Shown here: in pieces, positions 11,243 through 20,000 of the stretch | Position numbering within the stretch: the first letter of the stretch is position 1 | Layout of the letters: each line of letters opens with the position of its first letter | Source: Seison nebaliae | Taxonomy: Eukaryota | Assembly: GCA_023231475.1 (NCBI GenBank) | Contig: JALJEE010002602.1 | Span: 59,175 to 79,174 of the forward strand | DNA length: 20,000 nt | Reading direction: 5' to 3' | Notes under the pieces: generated by a model | What the model saw: the letters and a program-made list of their open reading frames with translations, nothing else | The model's database searches: none | Told to the model about the DNA's origin: nothing | Program-made: the position numbers and the translations under genes

Positions 11243-13834
11243 TTATTTGTCCGGTTTTTTCTTAAATTTATTTCCACAATATTTCCAAGTCAATGAAATT
11301 AATTCGATAAATGTGAAAACGGACATACCGAATGTCAATCCAAAAATTCCACCAATGTTAGAAATCAAAGTTGAGAAGGGCATTGTTTCAATACTCTTCT
11401 TATGTATGATGGGTTTGGCGGAGAAACTCAGGCGCAACTTCACCATATTTTCACTAGAGTTCACGGATGAGATTTAAGAAAATATCGAATCGAATTAACT
11501 TTATATTCTTGGCAGATAAACATTTCCCGTCGATAATTTTCTTCCACTTTTTTGTCAGATTGAGATAATCTAACGTGGAATAAAGATGCTGCAATTCGTC
11601 AGGTGATCGATTACCCTGTACAAAGAGATAATATGAAATGATCAAAATGACATTCCGTATAATTTCTTTCATCTAACAGAAGTTTCTGCCGCTCGTTTGA
11701 AGATGCATTCTAATATGAATATTTTGTTAATTTCTAATTCGGTAAGTCCCGAAATATGAGATGATGTTTCTTTAATTCCAAATTCAATCGTATGACAAGC
11801 ACTAGTACATTTACATCGCGTTTCTTCATTCACGAATCTAGTTAAAAGATTTAAAGTCCTATTATTTTCACAGTAGTTCAACTCTGCAATTGTAACGATT
11901 AAACTATAATAAGAATAATAGTCAACTTTCATGAAAATAGTCTCCCAATTTCCTACAACCGAACTTCTTAGCTACAGCGGTATGCAAACACCGTGTCAAA
12001 CAGTATACCTGTTTTAAGTTTGAACCAAAATATTCCGGCCACAATGGTCTCTCATTCTCACAGGATTTTTCGTTAGTTAACCGTAGTCGTTCTCCGTTAT
12101 CATACTAGAATATGTCGAAATATGGAAACTTTTAAAAGAATTAACTAATACGACGGTAAATTGCCAATTTGTTACTTTACCAGGAACTATCGGTATATCA
12201 TCCGACATGGAATTGTCTTTCTGTCCAGTATTAATTTTCGCCCATAGAACCCTCTAAAATTGAGAAAAGTCATTGAAATATAAATTTTTTATCATTAAAC
12301 CGATTTCCCCATATGATGATCAATTAGAGGATCTAATTCGTAATTATGAAGGTCAAAAACAAATTCGATATTTTGATGTCCTGCCAATTTATTGTACCTT
12401 AAGATATTGTGACGATTATCATTAAATCGAATACAATGACCACGAGGCGTGTAAAGATATTCGATATGCTAAACATAAAATTAGAAGAACATTTTGTTAG
12501 AACATAAGTAACTTTTTCTTCACAAATTAATCGGTTGACTGTGCACGATAGGAGAAATCGGTTATGTTGGACGTTCCAGAATAAATCTGTCACATTTTTA
12601 TGATTTGTCCAAGATCCTTCATGGTTTACCATTAAGAGATATCGATATATGACTTTCAATTCGTTTAAGATATTCAGAGAAATATATTTCCTTCGATACA
12701 TCGGCATTTGTCCGTTTATATCGATTTTTTTGAAATTTTTATTTTCCTCGAGTTCTAATAAGTTTTGAGAAATTGGAATTTGATTTCTCTTGTTCAACAA
12801 AACTACGATCGAAGTTAGGAGTTGGAAGGTGGACGGTTTAATCACCTCTTCTACGACATCCTTATCTCTATAATGATAATGGGCGAATTGAATAATTGTA
12901 GATTGATTTACTTTTAAATTGTTCATAAGAAACATAATAGAATATATCCAATCCCAATTACCTAGAGTTCTAAAAAAGCTATATAAGAGTGGCTTCGATA
13001 GTAGATCGAGACTATTTTTCGAGCATTTCGCTTCCAGTAAATATTGATATTTTTCATTATGAACATTAATCCGATATAACACATGTGCAATAACTCTATC
13101 ATCACGTTCACAAAAATAATCAATTATATCACTTATCCATGGTTGTCTTTTGCAGACTTGCATATCCCAAAATTGCATATTTATTTTTAGTAGTTCTTCA
13201 ATATTGACAGCGTCATATTCGGAATAAATAACTGATCGATAGATTAGATTAATTATAAGACAACATGGTACGTCTTTTAGAAAATGGTTGAATTCTTCGA
13301 ACGTAATATTACTACAATAATAATGTTTAATAGTGGAATTTCCTGTATCATCGCAAACTGTCATCCAAAATCTGTGGTAAAGTTTAATGACGACATCGAA
13401 TATTTTCTGTAAGTTATCCAAATATACATCATGCTGTTCTATCATAGTTAACGCTGTTTCGGGATGAAATAATAGTTTGTCGGTAACTCCTTTGTGAAGA
13501 ATTCGATTTTGTATTAAGGAATCTTCTGTCGATTTACGAGAATACGGATTTCCGTTACAAAACGTAATAGCCGGATATGGTACATATAGTTCAGTTTTAA
13601 CCGTCTCCTGATAAGTAGTTGAGCGATTGAAGTGAATTTTGATGTTCGTACTCAAAAGATACACCAAAAGTGAAATTGCTAATTAAGATAATATAATTAT
13701 CATATTTTTTAGAATAATTAATAACCAATGGCAATTGACAGCAACCAAAGTACTATATATCTTTTTCCTTTTGCTTCTTTAAACGCCATATACAATTTGG
13801 GTAACCCATGACATGTGGACAAATCTCCATCCAT
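11243..13834 (-). CDS. DEG/ENaC/ASIC-family amiloride-sensitive channel subunit. Exons 13834-13726, 13678-12513, 12468-12301, 12253-12152 (or -12146), 12104-11927, 11883-11678, 11615-11500, 11453-11243; ~751 aa
   Basis: N-terminal STCHG gating motif, TM1 (YIVLWLLSIAIAISLLVYLL), YPAITFCNGNPY, TPRGHCIRFN, Cys-rich thumb (YCLTRC...GC...C...CKCTSAC) and TM2 LISNIGGIFGLTFGMSVFTFIE with a GxS filter. Seven GT-AG introns of about 41-62 nt keep the frame throughout. Confidence 0.92.
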
Positions 13835-15023
13835 ATTTCATGCACCAATATTGAATGTTCAATTTCTATTTCAAAATTTAGTTACAAATTCCTATTATTC
13901 ATTGAATAATATTCAACATCACATCACGGCCATTCAATTTCCGATTTCCGTGATCTCATTTATTAATCATTCTGATTAATCTTAATTTATGTATTTTCCG
14001 TAACTATGACTCCATGAGAAAGTGGTTTCTTCCCAAAATTACGGAAATTATTTATTTTATTTCTAATTGGAAGATGCTACATTTGGAATAGTAATGAAGA
14101 CATGTGTATGTCTCAAATCGTGCATCCTCATCAATTTTCCCATTAATCTGTTCAGTTGAATTACTCATGCTCCAACTTAAAGAATGGTGAAAATCAAAGA
14201 AAATTAACAATTGACGTCAATTAATAATGAAGCAAGTGAATTGACAATTTGTACAAAATTTCATTTAAGTCACAATCAAATTTATTGACCTAACATCGTA
14301 AAGTTTCCTTTAAAATTACAATTTGCATGTATGTCAATAATTTATAACAGCCTAATTGATAGTTCATGAAATGTTTTTCCCTACGTATCATAATATAAAT
14401 TTATTCTAATCTTGATACCATTGAAAAATAAAAAGATTAGTTATTAATCATGAAATCGAAGAAAGCGCATAACTGTTTTTCACATATATGAATAATAATA
14501 ATAATAATAATGAATTCATTGAAAATAAAGAATTGAATTTGTATTCAATACGGATTATGTTTCATTCGAAAAACTGTGAACTATCTGGCAAATATTGAAT
14601 TATTTTAAGTAATGTACTACTAACTAAGTTATTTGCAAATCAAGTGAAAGTAATACAAATTGGTTGAAAAAAATCGACTTGATTCATAACCAACAGGCAA
14701 ATCACCTACAATCCCATTCTATCTTTAGTGGACTAACGAAGTTAAGTCGTTAGTTAAAGTATCTTTTTTTTGTTAGATAGTCTTGTCAGAAAAATAAAAC
14801 ACGAATTGTTTTACCATTTCTCACTCAATTCTATGATGTGCCCTATTAGTGATCCATGAAAAATAAACGAACCCATATTATTGACGCTTACATGCAAATG
14901 AATGAAATAAAGACAACATTTGTATAAGAACAATGTGATGTTATATTTTTGTAAGAATTCGAAATTTTTTACGGCATTTAAATAAAGAACGAAATCATGA
15001 AGTATATTGTAAAAGAGTAAAAA
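13835..15023. promoter_or_regulatory. Divergent intergenic (putative promoter) region between the DEG/ENaC gene and the secreted orphan gene
   Basis: Lies between head-to-head start codons at 13834 (-) and 15024 (+). Contains TGACGTCA within a 14-bp palindrome (14209-14222) and octamer matches at 14321-14328 and 14892-14899. Confidence 0.55.
14491..14511. repeat. (AAT)7 microsatellite, intergenic
   Basis: aataataataataataataat read directly. Confidence 0.9.
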
Positions 15024-18000
15024 ATGATTTTATTTCAGTTTATGCAAATACTTTTTGTAGCAAAACTACTGGAATGTCAAACATTAAGTTAATTTTGTTA
15101 GCTTTCATTATGATCGTTCCATGTTTGAAAATAGGAACATCATCTTCAAAAATCCAATACTTATCTCCTAATATATTGCAAAAATTGCTCGAATTGAAGA
15201 AGATAGGTTAGGGAACTGCAAATATTCTTCTACTTTTCTTCTTTAAGACGTTAATAATCAAAAACGAGAAATACATAACACATTCTCAGACTTACTTACT
15301 TTATCGGTCAACCAACGTTATTTTCAATATTTCGATTATTTTTTAATTATTTCTCTCAATTTAGATAACGACCCAATTACCAATGATTCACCAATCCGTA
15401 ATATCCTTTCCATGGACGACTGGGAAGAAAAGTATATCACACAACCTCACAGTTCTTCTGATGAAATATTTCTTTCGCCTGAAGAAGAATCTGAACTTAA
15501 GGATGGTCTGACAGATAATGTAAGAAAGAATTTCTATGAAGCACAACAGTTTCCGTTATTCCAACCGAAAAAAAAACAGCAATATAAGTTCGACATGACA
15601 GAAACAATTTTTGATATTTATCAAAATCAATCAAACGTCAATCAGGAGCTACTTCTAAACGTGAATGACGAAACTTTAACCAGTTTATCAAGTAATAACA
15701 ACCAAGTTAAAATGGCAATGAAGGACGTGTACGAAAAAGAACCAGGGAAGAAAGTGGGAGATATCAAATTTTACCAACCAAAAGTGTCGTCTGCATATCC
15801 GAATTCCTTGACAATAGATGTACAAAACAATAATAAACATGCTAAACCCTATCAACAAATGGCCATCAATCAGTTCAACAAATCACCTATTGTGAAGCAG
15901 TCGAACCAAAAGCCACTCGTATTAGGTAAGCAAGCAATATCCACGAAAATGGTGCTTACAACTTCCGGGCAAAAACAACCACCAAAAAGTGTTTATAATT
16001 ATAAGAAAGTTAATAAAAAAGGAAAACGAATCAGAATTATTCGGAGGAAAGTTTTATTGGAATTGAAACTTAAGGATGCAAGTTAATTTTTTATTTTGGT
16101 TATTTGTATAACAATGATGAAAATTAGTTAAAAAATATTGGGAGATATTTGACAAATTATCAAAAGCTCCAGACGGTTATAAATAATTTCCTATCTATTG
16201 CTTATCATGTTTTATAGAAAAAATATCGCAAATATTGCTCAATACGACAAAATTATTAAAAGCAATCGAAGAACGTTTTATTTGATATAATTAACCGATT
16301 TATTCTAATCGTAATTTCCTAGTGCTGGAAAAGAAGAACTTTCAAATTATCCAATTAAAGAATGAAATAAAAGAAACAAGTACTCTTATTTTCGAATATT
16401 AACTAATATGATTATTCTTAATGAAATGAAGAAATGATCAATCGACAATTGAGACAAGCAGTTTTAATAGAAGAACAACAACACCATAATCAAGAAATAA
16501 AATATAAAACAGCGCAGCGAAGTTTATTCATATTTTAATTATTTATACAATATTGACAGGACGTCAGGAATTAAACCAAAAATTATTAAGACTCCAATTG
16601 AAAAATAAATCGCTAAGTTAGATGTCAATTTAAAATTATATAATAATCATATTTCTATTAGAAAAAAGTTCAACGCAAATAACCAAGAGTTATATTGAAT
16701 TATATTTTTTATTCTATAAAAATTTCACTTATAACTTCATAGATTTAGGAGAGATAAATACAATTACGGAAGTAAGGAAACCGGAGGTATCATTGAAATC
16801 AAGTTTTTTCATTCAATTCTTTCCTTTTAATATGTATGCGAGATGATGTAGTGAATTATTCAGCGGTTATAGAAAAAGAATTTTACTGTTAACATTTCAT
16901 TTTAATTTGTTAACTATTAACGTTAACATTTGTGTAATGTCAGTGAATGAAATTGAGATAATCGAAAAAAAAATACGATACAAGAGATCTGAATATGAAA
17001 ACATTGAAAGAGGTTTCTTGACATTCTCCAACGGTCTATTATCAATATTTCACAATTACTCTTTACAAGCATTTTATGAGTTCCAATCTTCTCTATCAAA
17101 AGACGTCATAGATAATCCAGAAAAAGCTCTCAAATACAGAAGTTTTCTTTCCACTGTTCTTATGTTTTCCTCAATTTTCCTTTTAGCTTCCGAGGTCGAT
17201 CAATTGGAATTAATTATAAAAGCTAGAAGACAAGATGTCTTTGCAACTGATGAAGGTAACAAATTGCTAATTATATTCATATCATAATTTTATTTCAGAC
17301 CGTATAAAAACTATGGCTCGATTGAACAACATGGAAAAGCAATTGAGAGATCTAAGTTTCATTATTAAAAATTTCTTTCCGTTCATTTCGAAATTGATGT
17401 AATAGAAAAGGAACAAGAATCAATGGCCAAGTTAACTTATTTGGAACAACAAGAAGTAGATTTGTTGAACAAAGGTTTTCCCATCTTTGATTTAATTTCC
17501 TATGAACGTATTCATTTTTTCCATCAGAAATTAAAGAACTTTCCGATGGAATTATCAGTAACACCTTAATATCTACCAACTTTGGTTGGTCAGATAATTG
17601 ATTATTGGAAATGTCACTATATTCTGTTTGTTTGATTTAGATGGAGAGATTAAGGCAAACGCTAAAATTATAGATGATATACTGGAAGACTATGGTAATA
17701 AATTGGCAGGTGACCTTAAATTAACCTCAATTATAATCAAGTTTCTAGAATACAACTTAATGGAACCACAACAGAGAGATCTCTTGGAGCAATTGCAGAA
17801 AAAGGTATTCGATGCTTTAGAAATCAAAAGCACAACGGGTAATAACCAAGATACATTTTCTTCAATTTTTAATTGTTTTTTTCTCTTTCCTTTTCTCCAA
17901 AAAAATTTTTATCGTTTTTCATTTTCTTGAAAAGATCTGAAAAAAATATTCAAATTTCAAGTAGAATCAGCAGGAAAAATCATCCGTTAACCCCCTTTCT

Positions 18001-19308
18001 CTTTCATTTGAGTTGTAGTAAAAAAACTTTCTTAAAGTTGGACAATTTAATTCGGCCAAAGATGTTACATTGGCACGTTATGCATTAGAAAATGGTTAGA
18101 CCTTCGACGTACTTGATTCGAATTTTTTCTGTTAGAAAAAATATATTTGGAAGCTCTACTGCGTGAACAAAATGAAATATTTGTAAAAAAAGGTTTAAAT
18201 CTTTTACCCATTTAGTAGTCTTTATCTCTCGTTTTTCAGATTTTGAACTGCTAAAATCGGTATATGGTGAATCGGTTAGTCGATTTTCCTTGCGTGTTTT
18301 ACATTTTCATTTTCTCACATTTTATTAGTTACTATATCCATCGAACTTTATGGAAATGTTAAACAGAACGGAACAAATGTATGCAATTATCTCTCAAACA
18401 TTACCATCATCTGTGGTCGAAGAAAATGTGAAAAGTTATTATATTCGTTGATGAATTAAATTTTTACTGGCACTTCCGTAAAGCGTTAAATGAACAGACA
18501 TTGAATGAAACTATAAAGAAGATGAAGGAACATACGGAGTATAAAAGTTCTACTTTAATAAGCAGAAAAACCCTCAAGTATTTTTAGAGGCTTATATGTC
18601 TTCTTTATTGAAAGCGCATGAAGAAAATAGTAATTATACAAATGTTTATTGCAAAAGACTTTTAAAGTCAATCCCCAGTGATACAGCACTGGAGCCACAA
18701 AATTTTACGCTTTTCGATTCAAAGTTCATGTTTTAAATGTAAATGACGTTATATGACATTCTTGCATCTTTAAGCACATACGATCTTACTGCCGGGACGT
18801 ACGATCATTCGCAGGAGAAAATTGTTGGTGAAGGTTTAATTTTCTTATTTTTACATTGAATTTACATTTGTTTCCAGAGGGACATTTATACACACAAAAA
18901 TTGAGAGGTGTTGATCCCAAAAAGTTGGGTGGTAGTGTGATAGGAAAATTTGTAGTAGCCAGTGATTTAATGAAATATGAAATTGGTGAGGAGATGTATA
19001 GAGGAATTGGTGATTACTATTTATCTACTTGTGATGAAGGCATTGAAGCGGAGGAAGATTCAGAAAAAAAATTATTGTCACATATAAACTCACACGAAAT
19101 GCTTCCACAACTTGTGGCTTACTACCGACTAAAAATTGATTCCTGTGACCGTCTTCATAATGTCCTATTTCCTGTTATAATGGATTTTGAAGAATTGTCA
19201 GAATCTTATGTAGTTGGATGGCATGCTCTATGTGTTTCTCATTATATATTGGATTCATTGAATAACCAAATGCAAGGTATTTACGGTTATTCCCGTTACT
19301 CTATATAA
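15024..19308 (+). CDS. Uncharacterised multi-exon protein, ~966 aa: putative signal peptide, low-complexity N-terminal region, long helical/coiled-coil-like middle, globular C-terminal region. Inferred introns: 15088-15134, 15207-15247, 15317-15364, 16082-16127, 16176-16217, 16275-16322, 16380-16431, 16522-16559, 16617-16661, 16689-16742, 16803-16851, 16888-16943, 17013-17069, 17142-17186, 17256-17298, 17356-17405, 17475-17527, 17585-17640, 17710-17748, 17839-17934, 17986-18037, 18095-18135, 18193-18239, 18275-18328, 18435-18483, 18547-18587, 18724-18774, 18834-18877
   Basis: Removing these GT-AG segments gives one stop-free 2901-nt frame from ATG 15024 (in-frame TAA just upstream) to TAA 19308, and it absorbs ORFs 15412, 16907, 17598 and 18856. 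The N-terminus MILFQFMQILFVAKLLECQTL looks like a signal peptide. The small exons are E/K/L/Q/I-rich (e.g. RQELNQKLLRLQLKNKSL, RIKTMARLNNMEKQLRDL). No family recognised. Confidence 0.8.
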
Positions 19309-19387
19309 TAATAATATATAACAAAACAATATTATAAACGTTATCTAATTTTAAATAATATATTACAATATATTATAATTTAAATTG

Positions 19388-19393
19388 AATAAA
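19388..19393 (+). terminator. Candidate polyadenylation signal AATAAA of the orphan gene
   Basis: AATAAA about 80 nt after stop 19308. The AT-rich context makes this weak. Confidence 0.35.
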
Positions 19394-20000
19394 AAATTAA
19401 ATATATACGTCCGTATCGATTACTAAAAAATAAGTTCTGTAAATTTGAAGTTGATATACACAATGAAAACTTAAAGTTATCGGACGCTTTTTGGATTAAA
19501 TAAAATAGATCATAACTTCTGTTTAATGAGGTATTTTGGTCCTGTATAATAAAAAAAACTTTTTTACCTATGCTGTAGATTCTACATTACATTAGGAAAA
19601 TAAAAATTCCAAAAAAAAATTAAATAATGACGTAATTATTGAGAATTTTTTTATAGTGATGTTTTTGCATTTTCGGATCAACCATAAATTATTGTAAATC
19701 GTGGTTTGTTTTATTGAAATCAACACCATCGAAAACGTAGAAGTTTTCATGGATTTTGCAGATATTGGAGTAATGCTTTGCGTGCAGTTTATAGCGCAAA
19801 ATATGCACACCTTTGAACTAACAAGGAAAGTATCTGATAGGCAGGAAACGAAACTGAAGATAAAAAAAACTAAAACATATTAAAAATAATACTAATCAGG
19901 ATAGCATTTTTATTTTTTGCCAAACAGTTCAATTAGTGTCTATAATGGTGGAAAACGATTTTGTATATAAAACTAATTCAAAACTTATACAGAAATCACA

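Noticed and set aside
16803..16851. Alternative acceptor at 16842 (GAG) versus 16851 (TAG)
   Set aside because: Both are in frame. TAG was chosen as the usual acceptor; it cannot be resolved without reads.
16888..16943. Three GTTAAC palindromes (16888, 16909, 16922) in one intron as tandem donors
   Set aside because: Using the later donors would include an in-frame TAA and leave introns below the observed size range. Probably micro-duplication.
18630..18678. Candidate additional phase-1 intron GTAATT...CCCCAG
   Set aside because: Removing its 49 nt breaks frame with the downstream exons, whereas read-through keeps the frame.
7438..19308. Fragmented ORFs read as pseudogenes, frameshifting or an alternative genetic code
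   Set aside because: Each break examined is resolved by a short GT-AG intron under the standard code, and the 2396-codon ORF is open in the standard code.
19430..20000. ORFs 19592-19810 (-) and 19701-19883 (+), and a possible MITE-like remnant (AAGTTAT/ATAACTT)
   Set aside because: Non-ATG starts, no motifs, and no terminal inverted repeats or target-site duplication could be defined.
1..20000. Prokaryotic systems (CRISPR array, operons, defence islands) and tRNA/rRNA/snRNA genes
   Set aside because: No repeat-spacer array or recognisable RNA gene was seen, and the gene content and introns are eukaryotic.

Overview
AT-rich, compact eukaryotic (metazoan-type) genomic DNA, not prokaryotic. 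Splicing by hand across very short GT-AG introns joins most of the fragmented ORF track into four genes. (1) HEATR5/p200/Laa1-family AP-1 accessory protein (+, 264-9037, 4 introns, ~2862 aa). (2) Vasohibin tubulin carboxypeptidase (-, 9259-10632, 1 intron, ~439 aa). (3) Divergent DEG/ENaC/ASIC channel (-, 11243-13834, 7 introns, ~751 aa). (4) An unrecognised, probably secreted protein (+, 15024-19308, 28 inferred introns, ~966 aa). Two signals stand out. First, gene 4 has 23 consecutive phase-1 introns flanking small symmetric exons of recurring size (57 and 69 nt), an architecture that would tolerate combinatorial exon skipping. Second, the 5' splice site is non-standard: 35-36 of 40 inferred donors are GTT and none is GTAAG or GTGAG. 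All gene models rest on frame continuity and remembered family motifs, without transcript data.
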